Shown piece after piece: positions 1 to 11,379 of a stretch of 64,000 bases of DNA. The notes under the pieces were generated by a model. The model was not told the DNA's origin, did not search any database, and saw only the letters and a list, made by a program, of their open reading frames with translations. Positions within the stretch are counted from its first letter, which is position 1; each line of letters begins with the position of its first letter. The position numbers were made by a program, and so were the translations under genes. The stretch is taken from NCBI RefSeq assembly GCF_055900595.2, contig NZ_CM148325.1, one strand, 5' to 3'.

Positions 1-95
1 TACAGCAGGCTGTCGCTGAACAATATGAAGCAAAAACAGGTATTAAAGAGACTTTTTACGTTTGTAAACCATCACAAGGAGCAGGACAGTGCTGA
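1..95 (+). CDS. galK: galactokinase, 3' end (partial, runs off window start)
   Basis: In-frame translation ends ...[29 protein letters not shown], matching the remembered GalK C-terminus; sits directly upstream of galM. Confidence 0.8.
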
Positions 96-1129
96 ACGAA
101 ACTCCCGCACTGGCACCCGATGGTCAGCCGTACCGACTGTTAACTTTGCGTAACAACGCAGGGATGGTAGTCACGCTGATGGACTGGGGTGCGACTTTAC
201 TTTCCGCCCGTATTCCGCTTTCCGATGGCAGCGTCCGCGAGGCGCTGCTCGGCTGCGCCAGCCCGGAATGCTATCAGGATCAGGCCGCGTTTCTGGGGGC
301 CTCTATTGGTCGTTATGCAAACCGTATCGCCAATAGTCGTTATACCTTTGACGATGAAACCGTGACGCTTTCGCCAAGTCAGGGCGTTAACCAGCTGCAC
401 GGCGGCCCGGAAGGGTTCGACAAACGTCGCTGGCAGATTGTGAATCAGAACGATCGTCAGGTGCTATTTGCCCTGAGTTCAGAAGATGGCGATCAGGGCT
501 TTCCGGGTAATCTCGGCGCGACAGTGCAATATCGTCTGACCGACGATAACCGTATCTCCATTACTTATCGCGCCACAGTTGATAAACCTTGCCCGGTGAA
601 TATGACTAACCACGTCTATTTCAACCTCGACGGCGAGCAGTCTGACGTACGCAATCACAAGCTGCAGATTCTGGCAGACGAATATCTGCCGGTTGATGAA
701 GCCGGCATTCCGCACGACGGTCTGAAATCTGTCGCCGGAACGTCTTTTGATTTCCGCAGCGCCAAAATCATCGCCAGTGAATTTCTTGCCGACGACGATC
801 AGCGCAAAGTGAAAGGTTACGATCATGCGTTCTTGTTACAGGCTAAAGGCGATGGCAAGAAAGTGGCGGCGCATGTCTGGTCAGCAGATGAAAAATTGCA
901 ACTGAAGGTCTACACCACCGCTCCGGCTCTGCAATTCTACTCCGGCAACTTCCTCGGCGGCACACCGTCGCGGGGAACCGAACCTTATGCCGACTGGCAA
1001 GGGCTGGCGTTGGAAAGCGAGTTTCTGCCGGACAGCCCAAACCACCCTGAATGGCCGCAACCGGACTGCTTCCTGCGTCCTGGCGAAGAGTATTCCAGCC
1101 TGACTGAATATCAGTTTATTGCTGAATAA
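89..1129 (+). CDS. galM: aldose 1-epimerase (galactose mutarotase)
   Basis: 346 aa ORF with a GTG start overlapping the galK stop and AGGAG about 8 nt upstream; sequence matches remembered E. coli GalM. Confidence 0.9.
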
Positions 1130-1133
1130 CTTT

Positions 1134-1160
1134 AAGCCCTCGTCATGAGGGCTTTATCCT
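1134..1160 (+). terminator. putative intrinsic terminator after galM
   Basis: Inverted repeat aagccctc-gtcat-gagggctt followed by a short T-rich stretch. Confidence 0.35.
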
Positions 1161-1285
1161 TATATTGCTCAAATCACCAGCAAACACCGACATATTTGCA
1201 ACTCAATATTCACAACAACCTTACACTGCGACACTATTTTCGCTATGGTTATGCGTAAGCATTGCCGTTGCTTCGTCACGGCAAT

Positions 1286-1307
1286 ATAATGAGAATTATT
1301 ATCATTA
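1286..1307 (+). promoter_or_regulatory. Fur-box-like AT-rich element upstream of gpmA
   Basis: tataatgagaattattatcatt resembles the GATAATGATAATCATTATC Fur consensus; gpmA is, from memory, a Fur-regulated gene. Confidence 0.35.
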
Positions 1308-1331
1308 AAAGATGGTTTGAGGAGTAAGTAT

Positions 1332-2084
1332 ATGGCTGTAACTAAGCTGGTTCTGGTTCGTCATGGCGAAAGTCAGTGGAACAAAGAAAACCGTTTTACC
1401 GGTTGGTACGACGTGGATCTGTCTGAGAAAGGCGTAAGCGAAGCAAAAGCAGCTGGTAAGCTGCTGAAAGAGGAAGGTTACAGCTTTGATTTTGCTTACA
1501 CCTCTGTGCTGAAACGCGCTATCCATACCCTGTGGAATGTGCTGGACGAACTGGATCAGGCATGGCTGCCCGTTGAGAAATCCTGGAAACTGAACGAACG
1601 TCACTACGGTGCGTTGCAGGGTCTGAACAAAGCGGAAACTGCTGAAAAGTATGGCGACGAGCAGGTGAAACAGTGGCGTCGTGGTTTTGCGGTTACTCCG
1701 CCGGAACTGACTAAAGATGATGAGCGTTATCCGGGCCACGATCCACGTTACGCGAAGCTGAGCGAGAAAGAGCTGCCACTGACGGAAAGCCTGGCGCTGA
1801 CCATTGACCGCGTGATCCCTTACTGGAATGAAACTATTCTGCCGCGAATGAAGAGCGGTGAGCGCGTGATCATCGCCGCACACGGTAACTCGTTACGTGC
1901 GCTGGTGAAATATCTCGATAATATGAGCGAAGAAGAGATTCTTGAGCTGAATATCCCGACTGGCGTGCCACTGGTTTATGAATTCGACGAGAATTTCAAA
2001 CCGCTGAAACGCTATTATCTGGGTAATGCTGACGAGATCGCGGCGAAAGCAGCGGCCGTTGCTAACCAGGGTAAAGCGAAGTAA
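1332..2084 (+). CDS. gpmA: 2,3-bisphosphoglycerate-dependent phosphoglycerate mutase
   Basis: ORF 1317..2084; start placed at the internal Met ([17 protein letters not shown]...), giving the remembered 250 aa GpmA; RHG histidine-phosphatase motif present. Confidence 0.9.
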
Positions 2085-2107
2085 ACGTCATTCGCTTAAA
2101 AATGAGA

Positions 2108-2137
2108 AAGCCGACTGCAAGTGAGTCGGCTTTTTTG
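2108..2137 (+). terminator. intrinsic terminator after gpmA
   Basis: gccgactgcaagtgagtcggc hairpin followed by tttttt. Confidence 0.65.
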
Positions 2138-2149
2138 TTGCTAACAATG

Positions 2150-2184
2150 GAGCACATTGCCTGATGCGACGCTGCGCGTCTTGT
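2150..2184. repeat. REP (repetitive extragenic palindrome) element
   Basis: gcctgatgcgacgctgcgcgtcttgtcaggcctac, a typical E. coli REP sequence between the convergent gpmA and aroG. Confidence 0.55.
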
Positions 2185-2241
2185 CAGGCCTACGGTGATT
2201 CATCGGATAACCACTGTGACGGCGCATCCGACAATTAAACT

Positions 2242-3294
2242 TTACCCGCGACGCGCTTTTACTGCATTCGCCAGTTGACGTAACAGGGCATCGGTATCTT
2301 CCCAGCCAATGCAGGCATCGGTGATGCTCTTGCCATAGGCCAGCGGTTCCCCACTCTCGAGGCTCTGATTGCCTTCCACCAGATGGCTTTCCACCATCAC
2401 GCCAATAATGGCCTTTTCGCCACCGGCAATCTGCTGGCAAACGTCAGCACAAACATCCATCTGCTTTTTGAATTGTTTCGACGAGTTAGCATGGCTGAAA
2501 TCGATCATCACCTGTGCTGGCAGGCCTGCTTTGTTCAGCCCTTCTTTCACTTCAGCAACGTGCTTCGCGCTGTAGTTAGGCTCTTTACCGCCGCGCAGAA
2601 TGATATGGCAATCGCCGTTACCGCTGGTGTTCACGATCGCCGAATGCCCCCATTTCGTTACGGACAGGAAGCAGTGCGGCGCACCGGCGGCATTAATAGC
2701 ATCGATAGCCACTTTAATCGTACCGTCGGTGCCATTTTTGAAGCCGACCGGACAAGAAAGCCCAGACGCAAGTTCGCGGTGCACCTGCGATTCCGTTGTA
2801 CGTGCGCCAATTGCTCCCCAGCTCATCAGGTCCGCGAGATATTGCGGGGTGATCATATCCAGGAATTCACCCGCTGCTGGCAGACCGCTGTCGTTAATAT
2901 CGAGCAGTAATTTACGGGCAATACGCAGACCGTCGTTGATCTGGAAGCTGTTATCCATATGCGGATCGTTAATCAGCCCTTTCCAGCCCACTGTGGTACG
3001 CGGCTTTTCAAAGTAGACGCGCATTACGATTTCCAGCTCATCTTTCAGCTCTTCACGCAGCGCCAGCAAGCGAGTGGCATACTCTTTAGCCGCGACGGGA
3101 TCATGAATAGAACACGGACCAATCACCACCAACAGGCGATCATCATTACCTTTCAGGATCTTATGGATCGCTTTTCGGGCATGGGCGACCGTATTCGCGG
3201 CATTTTCAGTAGCAGGGAATTTTTCCAGCAATGCGACAGGAGGAAGTAACTCTTTGATTTCTTTGATGCGTAAATCGTCGTTCTGATAATTCAT
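2242..3294 (-). CDS. aroG: Phe-sensitive DAHP synthase (3-deoxy-7-phosphoheptulonate synthase)
   Basis: 350 aa ORF matching remembered AroG end to end (MNYQNDDLRIKEIKELLPP...). Confidence 0.95.
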   Translation of the reverse strand: MNYQNDDLRIKEIKELLPPVALLEKFPATENAANTVAHARKAIHKILKGNDDRLLVVIGPCSIHDPVAAKEYATRLLALREELKDELEIVMRVYFEKPRTTVGWKGLINDPHMDNSFQINDGLRIARKLLLDINDSGLPAAGEFLDMITPQYLADLMSWGAIGARTTESQVHRELASGLSCPVGFKNGTDGTIKVAIDAINAAGAPHCFLSVTKWGHSAIVNTSGNGDCHIILRGGKEPNYSAKHVAEVKEGLNKAGLPAQVMIDFSHANSSKQFKKQMDVCADVCQQIAGGEKAIIGVMVESHLVEGNQSLESGEPLAYGKSITDACIGWEDTDALLRQLANAVKARRG

Positions 3295-3364
3295 GTCTGT
3301 TCCAGTGTTGCCATACTTATCTTAGTGAATGCAATACTTCCAATCTATATCTTCCGTCAGAATG

Positions 3365-3382
3365 TGTAAACGGGGTTTTACA
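3365..3382 (-). promoter_or_regulatory. TyrR box in the aroG promoter
   Basis: TGTAAA-cggggt-TTTACA fits TGTAAA-N6-TTTACA exactly, about 70-90 bp upstream of the aroG start codon. Confidence 0.6.
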
Positions 3383-3609
3383 CTATGAACGGATTAATCC
3401 TGGAATTAGCAAGAAAAACGCCAGATTGTCGCGAAAAACGAGATCTCTCCTACAATTTCTAACTGTAACTCCTTTGTTTGTTAATTATTTCAAGATTCTC
3501 TGCTGCGTTTTATAACCTGGCTGAAATCTTAAACCATTGCCTTATATTCACCTGCAAATGCACTGTTGGAAGAGGTTATCCGACATAACGACCATAACAG
3601 GAGCATCCT

Positions 3610-3990
3610 ATGAAAATGACAAAACTGGCCACACTATTTCTGACTGCCACTCTAAGCCTTGCCAGCGGTGCCGCACTGGCTGCCGATAGCGGAGCGCAAA
3701 GCAATAACGGCCAGGCAAACGCCGCAGCTGATGCGGGCCAGGTAGCCCCTGATGCCCGTGAAAATGTCGCGCCAAATAACGTCGACAATAACGGGGTAAA
3801 TACCGGTTCTGGCGGCACAATGCTGCATCCGGATGGTTCTTCAATGAACAATGACGGCATGACCAAAGATGAAGAGCACAAAAACACCATGTGCAAAGAT
3901 GGTCGCTGCCCGGATATCAATAAAAAAGTCCAAACCGGTGATGGCATCAACAATGATGTCGATACCAAAACCGACGGTACCACGCAGTAA
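3610..3990 (+). CDS. ybgS: uncharacterised secreted protein YbgS
   Basis: 126 aa ORF with an N-terminal signal-peptide-like segment ([24 protein letters not shown]) and a low-complexity N/D/G-rich body; position as in K-12. Confidence 0.8.
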   Translation: MKMTKLATLFLTATLSLASGAALAADSGAQSNNGQANAAADAGQVAPDARENVAPNNVDNNGVNTGSGGTMLHPDGSSMNNDGMTKDEEHKNTMCKDGRCPDINKKVQTGDGINNDVDTKTDGTTQ

Positions 3991-4010
3991 CCCTGCGAAA
4001 TAGCCAATAA

Positions 4011-4045
4011 TGGGAGAGCGGAGTCTCTCCCTTTTAATTTTTCCC
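4011..4045 (+). terminator. intrinsic terminator after ybgS
   Basis: gggagag-cggagt-ctctccc hairpin followed by ttttaattttt. Confidence 0.55.
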
Positions 4046-4103
4046 TTCTAAAAGCAGTATGATGTCATAAAGTTAAGTGAGAATAATTAAGGGATGACTC
4101 GTC

Positions 4104-5045
4104 ATGGCGCACTCACACTCACACACGTCCTCACACCTGCCAGAAGATAATAATGCTCGTCGCTTGTTGTATGCTTTCGGCGTGACTGCCGGGTTTATGC
4201 TCGTAGAAGTCATTGGTGGTTTTCTTTCCGGTTCTCTGGCATTGCTGGCCGATGCGGGTCATATGTTGACCGATACTGCCGCCCTGCTTTTCGCCCTACT
4301 CGCAGTGCAATTTTCCCGTCGTCCTCCCACCATTCGCCACACTTTCGGTTGGCTAAGATTGACCACGCTCGCGGCGTTTGTGAATGCCATCGCCCTGGTG
4401 GTGATTACTATTTTGATTGTCTGGGAGGCGATAGAACGCTTCCGCACGCCGCGTCCGGTCGAGGGCGTCATGATGATGGCAATTGCCGTGGCTGGGCTAC
4501 TGGCAAATATACTTTCTTTCTGGTTACTTCATCACGGCAGCGAAGAGAAAAACCTCAACGTGCGAGCAGCGGCACTGCATGTCCTCGGGGACCTTCTGGG
4601 TTCGGTTGGAGCTATTATTGCCGCGTTGATTATTATCTGGACCGGCTGGACACCTGCTGACCCCATTCTCTCAATACTGGTGTCGCTTCTGGTTCTGCGT
4701 AGCGCGTGGCGACTGTTGAAAGATAGCGTGAATGAATTACTTGAAGGTGCACCGGTATCGCTGGATATCGCCGAACTGAAGCGTCGTATGTGCCGGGAAA
4801 TCCCTGAAGTCCGCAATGTGCACCATGTACATGTATGGATGGTAGGCGAGAAGCCGGTGATGACGCTGCATGTGCAGGTGATCCCGCCACACGATCACGA
4901 TGCCTTGTTAGATCAGATCCAACACTACCTGATGGATCACTATCAGATTGAGCACGCCACTATTCAGATGGAATATCAACCTTGTCATGGGCCAGACTGC
5001 CACCTGAATGAAGGGGTGTCTGGCCATTCACATCATCATCATTAA
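4104..5045 (+). CDS. zitB: zinc/cation diffusion facilitator
   Basis: 313 aa ORF with six TM-like segments and His-rich N and C termini (HSHSH..., SGHSHHHH), typical CDF family and ZitB. Confidence 0.9.
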   Translation: MAHSHSHTSSHLPEDNNARRLLYAFGVTAGFMLVEVIGGFLSGSLALLADAGHMLTDTAALLFALLAVQFSRRPPTIRHTFGWLRLTTLAAFVNAIALVVITILIVWEAIERFRTPRPVEGVMMMAIAVAGLLANILSFWLLHHGSEEKNLNVRAAALHVLGDLLGSVGAIIAALIIIWTGWTPADPILSILVSLLVLRSAWRLLKDSVNELLEGAPVSLDIAELKRRMCREIPEVRNVHHVHVWMVGEKPVMTLHVQVIPPHDHDALLDQIQHYLMDHYQIEHATIQMEYQPCHGPDCHLNEGVSGHSHHHH

Positions 5046-5761
5046 TGGGACAGCGCGCGTGAACCTCTTTCGCGTGCGCTGTTGATCCACATCCGGCTGC
5101 CGTTGAGGGCAATAAAGGTCAGGATGATGTACTCCAGAGACATGGCGTAAACGCCCTGAAGTGCAAAAATAACGACGCTAATCACGTTAATAATCACCCA
5201 CAATAGCCAGTTTTCCACATACTTACGCGTCATCAGAATCATTGCCACGATAGATAACACCATCATGCATGAATCCCAGAACGGGAAAGCGTCCGGCTGT
5301 AGTTCAGGCATCGCAACCTGTAATCCTAATGCTTGCATGATCATGACTGCCACGCGGGTCAAAAATGCAAACACCGGATTGATAAATACCGTCATCAGAC
5401 CAATCGAAACAACGCAAACCGCCAACCAGCTGAGCGCCTTCGGCAATGGCAACCAGCGAATTTTCAACTCCGCCTCGTTCTGACTGGTTTGTCGCGACCA
5501 CGCATACCAACCGTAAATATTCGCGGCAAAGAAAAACACCTGTAATAGCAGGCTGGCATACAGCTGAATCTGAAAGAAAATAATGCCAAACAAGGTGACG
5601 TTGATCAGGCCAAAGAAGTAGTTGCTGATCTTCTCCAGACTGGCAAGGCCAATACACAGCAACCCGGCGATCGTGCCTACCGCTTCGATCCATGAGAGAT
5701 CATAACCGCCTGCTCCTATTGGTATATGTACCAGGATATTCTGCACACTAAAAAAATCCAT
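5042..5761 (-). CDS. pnuC: nicotinamide riboside transporter
   Basis: 239 aa polytopic membrane ORF immediately downstream of nadA on the same strand (nadA-pnuC operon). Confidence 0.9.
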   Translation of the reverse strand: MDFFSVQNILVHIPIGAGGYDLSWIEAVGTIAGLLCIGLASLEKISNYFFGLINVTLFGIIFFQIQLYASLLLQVFFFAANIYGWYAWSRQTSQNEAELKIRWLPLPKALSWLAVCVVSIGLMTVFINPVFAFLTRVAVMIMQALGLQVAMPELQPDAFPFWDSCMMVLSIVAMILMTRKYVENWLLWVIINVISVVIFALQGVYAMSLEYIILTFIALNGSRMWINSARERGSRALSH

Positions 5762-5798
5762 CTTTCCCCCAAAGCGTAACGTGACGCCTTATTATTAG

Positions 5799-6842
5799 TT
5801 ATCCACGTAGTGTAGCCGCAAAATCCAGCATACGATTGAGCGGCACCAGCGCCTTCTCTCGCAGCTTTTCCTCAACATGAACCTCGTGATTGCTTCCTTC
5901 CTGTTCTAATGCCTCTGCGATGGCCTGAAGGCCATTCATGGCCATCCACGGACAATGCGCGCAGCTGCGGCAGGTTGCGCCCTCACCCGCGGTTGGTGCT
6001 TCCAGTAACTCTTTATCTGGCACCGCCTGCTGCATTTTGTAGAAAATACCCCGATCGGTTGCCACGATAAGTCGCTGATGTGGCAATGTTTTCGCAGCAG
6101 CGATCAGTTGACTGGTGGAACCGACCGCATCCGCCATATCTACAATAGCTTGCGGTGATTCTGGATGCACCAGTATGGCAGCATCCGGGTATTCTTCTTG
6201 CAAGCGGGTTAACGCCTGAGTCTTAAACTCATCATGCACAATGCAGGCACCCTGCCAGCATAAAATGTCTGCGCCCGTCTGTTTTTGCACGTAACGCCCC
6301 AGATGTTTGTCGGGTGCCCAGATGATTTTTTCACCCAAACTATCCAGATGATCAATAAGTTCGACGGCAATGCTTGAAGTTACCACCCAATCTGCGCGCG
6401 CTTTTACCGCAGCAGAAGTGTTGGCGTAGACGACGACAGTACGATCGGGATGGGCATCGCAAAATGTGTTAAATTCTTCAACAGTGCAGCCGAGATCCAG
6501 TGAACATTCAGCCTGAAGTGTCGGCATCAGAATTGTTTTTTCTGGACTGAGGATTTTGGCGGTTTCTCCCATAAATCTCACCCCAGCGACTAACAATGTA
6601 GAAGCGGGATGCTTTGCACCGAAGCGCGCCATTTCCAGAGAATCAGAAATACATCCACCCGTTTCTTCTGCCAGTTGTTGAATTTCGGGATCGGTATAGT
6701 AGTGGGCAACCATCACCGCATTACGTTCTTTTAGCAAACGTTTTATCTTCTCGCGGTAATACGCTTTTTCATCAATGCTTAACGGCGTCGGCTTCGGGGG
6801 GAAAGGATAAATCGCCGCTTCAGGATCAAACATCACGCTCAT
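5799..6842 (-). CDS. nadA: quinolinate synthase A
   Basis: 347 aa ORF matching remembered NadA ([18 protein letters not shown]...). Confidence 0.9.
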   Translation of the reverse strand: MSVMFDPEAAIYPFPPKPTPLSIDEKAYYREKIKRLLKERNAVMVAHYYTDPEIQQLAEETGGCISDSLEMARFGAKHPASTLLVAGVRFMGETAKILSPEKTILMPTLQAECSLDLGCTVEEFNTFCDAHPDRTVVVYANTSAAVKARADWVVTSSIAVELIDHLDSLGEKIIWAPDKHLGRYVQKQTGADILCWQGACIVHDEFKTQALTRLQEEYPDAAILVHPESPQAIVDMADAVGSTSQLIAAAKTLPHQRLIVATDRGIFYKMQQAVPDKELLEAPTAGEGATCRSCAHCPWMAMNGLQAIAEALEQEGSNHEVHVEEKLREKALVPLNRMLDFAATLRG

Positions 6843-6914
6843 CTTACCATCTCGTTTTACATGCTTAACGTTAACACCGACTTAAGCGTGACATTCGCTA
6901 TTATCGGCGCAATT

Positions 6915-6932
6915 TGTTTTATATGCTAAACA
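6915..6932 (-). promoter_or_regulatory. NadR-box-like palindrome upstream of nadA
   Basis: TGTTTTatatgcTAAACA inverted repeat (TGTTTA/TAAACA half-sites) about 75 bp upstream of the nadA start. Confidence 0.35.
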
Positions 6933-7084
6933 AGATAGTCGAATGGTGAGGAAAAGTCACTCGAATTACGTATGAGATGACGAATGCCACACTTTGCGTC
7001 TTATTCCTCCGACGTAGAGTCGTTTACGCAGCAAGCGCGGAGTATGTCATCAGGGTCAGAATTGAAATTGAGAGATGCCTGAAT

Positions 7085-7440
7085 AGCAAAAAAGCGCCTT
7101 TAGGGCGCTTTTTTTACATTGGTGGGTCGTGCAGGATGACTCGCTTCGCTCGCCCTTCGGGCCGTCGCCGCGAGCGGCTCCGTTGTTTCGCTACGCTCAA
7201 CTCGAACCTGCTGCAGGTTCGAATCTTTGAATATCCCAGATAGCAAAAAAGCGCCTTTAGGGCGCTTTTTTACATTGGTGGGTCGTGCAGGATGACTCGC
7301 TTCGCTCGCCCTTCGGGCCGTCGCCGCGAGCGGCTCCGTTGTTTCGCTACGCTCAACTCGAACCTGCTGCAGGTTCGAATCTTTGAATATCCCAGATAGC
7401 AAAAAAGCGCCTTTAGGGCGCTTTTTTTACATTGGTGGGT
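7085..7440. repeat. tandem repeat, about 157 bp unit, a little over two copies, downstream of lysQ
   Basis: The unit starts (agcaaaaaagcgcc...) at 7085, 7242 and 7398. Each unit holds an A-run/GC-hairpin/T-run (agcgcc-ttta-gggcgct) and a 17 nt copy of the tRNA-Lys 3' end (tggtgggtcgtgcagga). Confidence 0.7.
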
Positions 7441-7508
7441 CGTGCAGGATTCGAACCTGCGACCAATTGATTAAAAGTCAACTGCTCTACCAACTGAGCT
7501 AACGACCC
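7433..7508 (-). tRNA. lysQ: tRNA-Lys (UUU)
   Basis: Reverse complement matches the E. coli tRNA-Lys sequence through the CCA end; seventh gene of the operon. Confidence 0.95.
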
Positions 7509-7640
7509 CTTGCGGGATTATGCTGCTTTAATCATTCAGGATGGTGGGTCGTGCAGGATGACTCGACTTCGTCTCGCCCTTCGGGCCGTTGCTGACGCAA
7601 CGTTATCCTTCACGTTCTCTACCAGTAACCACCTTTAAAT

Positions 7641-7716
7641 TGGTGGGTCGTGCAGGATTCGAACCTGCGACCAATTGATTAAAAGTCAACTGCTCTACCA
7701 ACTGAGCTAACGACCC
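7641..7716 (-). tRNA. lysZ: tRNA-Lys (UUU)
   Basis: Identical tRNA-Lys sequence on the minus strand. Confidence 0.95.
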
Positions 7717-7862
7717 ATACGGGTGTTACCTGAATGATTTCTACTCGGAACCAATCTTTAAGATTAGTGGGTCGTGCAGGATGACTCGCTTCGCTCGCCC
7801 TACGGGCCGTTGCTGACGCATCGTTATCCTTCACGCTTAACATCTGAGTTTGATGTTAAAAC

Positions 7863-7938
7863 TGGTGGGTCGTGCAGGATTCGAACCTGCGACCAATTGA
7901 TTAAAAGTCAACTGCTCTACCAACTGAGCTAACGACCC
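7863..7938 (-). tRNA. lysY: tRNA-Lys (UUU)
   Basis: Identical tRNA-Lys sequence on the minus strand. Confidence 0.95.
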
Positions 7939-7941
7939 GAG

Positions 7942-8017
7942 TGGTGGGTGATGACGGGATCGAACCGCCGACCCCCTCCTTGTAAGGGAGGTGCTCTCCC
8001 AGCTGAGCTAATCACCC
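7942..8017 (-). tRNA. valZ: tRNA-Val (UAC)
   Basis: Reverse complement matches E. coli tRNA-Val(UAC) with CCA end. Confidence 0.95.
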
Positions 8018-8068
8018 GATACTGCGCTGGATACTACAAACTACTTCCACCGAACCCACCGTAATTAG

Positions 8069-8144
8069 TGGTGGGTCGTGCAGGATTCGAACCTGCGACC
8101 AATTGATTAAAAGTCAACTGCTCTACCAACTGAGCTAACGACCC
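8069..8144 (-). tRNA. lysW: tRNA-Lys (UUU)
   Basis: Identical tRNA-Lys sequence on the minus strand. Confidence 0.95.
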
Positions 8145-8146
8145 GG

Positions 8147-8222
8147 TGGTGGGTGATGACGGGATCGAACCGCCGACCCCCTCCTTGTAAGGGAGGTGCT
8201 CTCCCAGCTGAGCTAATCACCC
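8147..8222 (-). tRNA. valT: tRNA-Val (UAC)
   Basis: Identical tRNA-Val sequence on the minus strand. Confidence 0.95.
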
Positions 8223-8357
8223 GATACTGCGCTGGATACTACAACTAACTAGGTTAGTGGTGGGTCGTGCAGGATGACTCGACTTCGTCTCGCCCTTCGG
8301 GCCGTTGCTGACGCAACGTTATCCTTCACGTTTTACTACCGCTTCCACCTTAGCGAT

Positions 8358-8433
8358 TGGTGGGTCGTGCAGGATTCGAACCTGCGACCAATTGATTAAA
8401 AGTCAACTGCTCTACCAACTGAGCTAACGACCC
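8358..8433 (-). tRNA. lysT: tRNA-Lys (UUU)
   Basis: Identical tRNA-Lys sequence; first gene of the operon (transcribed from high to low coordinates). Confidence 0.95.
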
Positions 8434-8483
8434 ACTTTTTCGTTGCTTTCGGTTTGTTTGATATCCCGTGGCAACGGCGGCAT

Positions 8484-8511
8484 ATATTACTGATTTCAGA
8501 CTTGAGCGCAA
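8484..8511 (-). promoter_or_regulatory. putative sigma70 promoter of the lysT tRNA operon
   Basis: On the minus strand: -35 TTGCGC (8511..8506), 16 nt spacer, -10 TAATAT (8489..8484), then a GC-rich discriminator, about 45 nt upstream of lysT. Confidence 0.4.
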
Positions 8512-8597
8512 CAAAAATTTCGATGCAGATCACTCAACTGCTTATGATTCGCACGACACGACCAGAAATAATGCGACTTCTGGTCGTGTGTTATGCA

Positions 8598-9389
8598 TTA
8601 CATCGCGTTCAGACGTTTTTGTGCCTGTTTAGCGCCATCAGTACCAGGGTATTTACTGATAACCTGCTGGTATACGGCTTTCGCTTTTGCGGTGTCACCT
8701 TTGTCCTGCATGATGACGCCGACTTTAAACATCGCATCTGCAGCCTTCGGTGACTTCGGATAGTTTTTCACTACCGAAGCAAAATAATACGCCGCATCAT
8801 CTTTTTTACCCTTGTTGTAGTTTAACTGACCCAGCCAATAATTGGCGTTTGGCAGGTAAGTTGAATCAGGGTAATTTTTGATGAAATTCTGAAATGCCAC
8901 CATTGCGTCATCCTGGCGGGATTTATCCTGCACCAGCGCAATAGCTGCATTGTAATCCGTGTTTGCATCACCGCTTTTCACCGGCGCGCCAGCATTCGCA
9001 GTACCAGCATCAGCTGTCGGCGTCGTTGATGCCGCCGCACCGCTATGATCGCCGCTGGTTGATTGCGCCGCTGCACCACCGCTGCTGAGGCTATCGATCT
9101 GCAACAGGATCTGCTTTTGCCGCTCCACGACCTGATTCAGTTGATACTGATTTTCCTGAATCTGACCACGCAGGGAATCAATATCGGATTGATTATCAGA
9201 GAGTTGTTGCTGGAGTTGGGTTAAAAGCTGGCTGTGAGCATTAGAAATACGCTCAAGTTGAGTGACGCGGTCTTCGACCGAGCCTGAGCCGACACTACTG
9301 ATTGGTGCCTGAGCAAAAGCGGCCCAGGGGGCCGCTATACCAACCAGTAACGACAGACTCAATAGTTGATGTCTGAAGTTACTGCTCAT
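8598..9389 (-). CDS. cpoB: cell division coordinator CpoB (YbgF), TPR protein
   Basis: 263 aa ORF with signal peptide, coiled-coil Q-rich segment and TPR-like C-terminus; downstream of pal. Confidence 0.9.
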   Translation of the reverse strand: MSSNFRHQLLSLSLLVGIAAPWAAFAQAPISSVGSGSVEDRVTQLERISNAHSQLLTQLQQQLSDNQSDIDSLRGQIQENQYQLNQVVERQKQILLQIDSLSSGGAAAQSTSGDHSGAAASTTPTADAGTANAGAPVKSGDANTDYNAAIALVQDKSRQDDAMVAFQNFIKNYPDSTYLPNANYWLGQLNYNKGKKDDAAYYFASVVKNYPKSPKAADAMFKVGVIMQDKGDTAKAKAVYQQVISKYPGTDGAKQAQKRLNAM

Positions 9390-9398
9390 GCAATTCTC

Positions 9399-9944
<546 letters not shown>

Positions 9945-9954
9945 TTAATTATTA

Positions 9955-11247
9955 TCACAGATACGGCGACCAGGCAGGGAATTTTACCTGTCCATCAGTT
10001 GCCGGAAGACGCGCTTTGAAACGCCCATCTGTAGAAACCAAATTCAGCACGGATCCCATCCCCTGAGAAGAGCTGTAGATTACCATAGTGCCGTTAGGTG
10101 CCAGACTTGGCGTTTCATCCAGGAACGTGGACGACAGAACTTGTACGCCTCCCGTTGCCAGATCTTGTTTGGCAATGTGCTGCTGCCCACCATTGGAGCT
10201 GACCATTACCATAAATTTACCGTCGCTGCTGACATCCGCATCCTGGTTCTGCGAACCTTCCCAGGTAATACGTTGTGGCGCACCGCCGTTGATATTCACT
10301 TTATAAACCTGCGGACGACCGGCCTGGTCAGAAGTAAATGCCAGGTTCTGGCTGTCCGGGAACCAGGTCGGTTCGGTATTGTTACTGCGACCATCAGTCA
10401 CCTGGCGGATCTGACCAGAAGCCAAATCCATTACGTACAGGTTCAGGCTACCGGTTTTCGACAAGGCGAATGCCAGTTTGCTGCCGTCTGGCGAGAATGC
10501 AGGTGCACCGTTGTGACGCGGGAATGAAGCCACCTGACGTACAGCGCCATTTGCCAGCGTTTGGATGACCAGCGCGGAACGACCGCTTTCGAAGGTCACA
10601 TAAGCCAGTTTAGAACCGTCTGGTGACCACGCCGGAGACATCAGCGGCTGCGGTGAACGGTGAACGACAAATTGGTTGTAACCGTCATAGTCAGATACGC
10701 GCAGTTCATACGGGAACTGACCGCCGTTGGTCTGAACAACGTAGGCAATACGGGTACGGAACGCACCTTTAATGCCGGTCAGTTTTTCAAATACTTCGTC
10801 ACTGGCGGTATGACCAGCATAACGCAGCCACTGCTTGTTCACTTTGTACGAGTTCTGAGCAAGTACAGTACCCGGTGCGCCGCCAGTGTCAACCAGCTGA
10901 TAAGCAACATTGTAAGAGCCGTCCGGATTCGGAGTGACCTGGCCGACAACCACAGCGTCAATGCCCAGCGCAGACCATGCTGCTGGTTGTACTTCCTGTG
11001 CACTACCCGGCTGCTGTGGCAGACGAGCGCGATCTAATGGATTAAATTTACCGCTGTTACGCAAGTCAGCAGCAACGATGCCGCCAATATCTTCAGGTGC
11101 AGCACCAGGACCCGCCCACTGGAAAGGAACTACGCCAATAGGACGACCGGAATCTACACCGCTGTCGATCACAATGCGGACTTCAGCGTGCAGAACTGAT
11201 GCCCACAGTATGAGAAAACCAAATGCTACTCGTAATGCCTGCTTCAT
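9955..11247 (-). CDS. tolB: Tol-Pal system periplasmic beta-propeller protein
   Basis: Matches remembered TolB starting [21 protein letters not shown]; ORF has one extra Met upstream. Confidence 0.9.
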   Translation of the reverse strand: MKQALRVAFGFLILWASVLHAEVRIVIDSGVDSGRPIGVVPFQWAGPGAAPEDIGGIVAADLRNSGKFNPLDRARLPQQPGSAQEVQPAAWSALGIDAVVVGQVTPNPDGSYNVAYQLVDTGGAPGTVLAQNSYKVNKQWLRYAGHTASDEVFEKLTGIKGAFRTRIAYVVQTNGGQFPYELRVSDYDGYNQFVVHRSPQPLMSPAWSPDGSKLAYVTFESGRSALVIQTLANGAVRQVASFPRHNGAPAFSPDGSKLAFALSKTGSLNLYVMDLASGQIRQVTDGRSNNTEPTWFPDSQNLAFTSDQAGRPQVYKVNINGGAPQRITWEGSQNQDADVSSDGKFMVMVSSNGGQQHIAKQDLATGGVQVLSSTFLDETPSLAPNGTMVIYSSSQGMGSVLNLVSTDGRFKARLPATDGQVKFPAWSPYL

Positions 11248-11379
11248 CATATCTCCCTTATCTGGACCGATGGCCCACGATAATTTAGCAGAATGTTAAC
11301 AAACTAAAATACACAAAACTACCAGAACCCCGTGTCAACCGGTGCCTGATGTTGACCGTTGGAACAATCAACATCGTGA

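Noticed and set aside
3576-4007. 143 aa ORF antisense to ybgS
   Set aside because: Overlaps the ybgS CDS on the opposite strand; ybgS has a clear signal peptide and conserved position, so the antisense frame is discounted.
6977-7402. ORF-track entries 6977..7243 (+) and 7100..7402 (-) in the tRNA-proximal region
   Set aside because: They span the tandem 157 bp repeat and terminator hairpins; the translated repeats mirror the DNA repeat, so they are not protein-coding.
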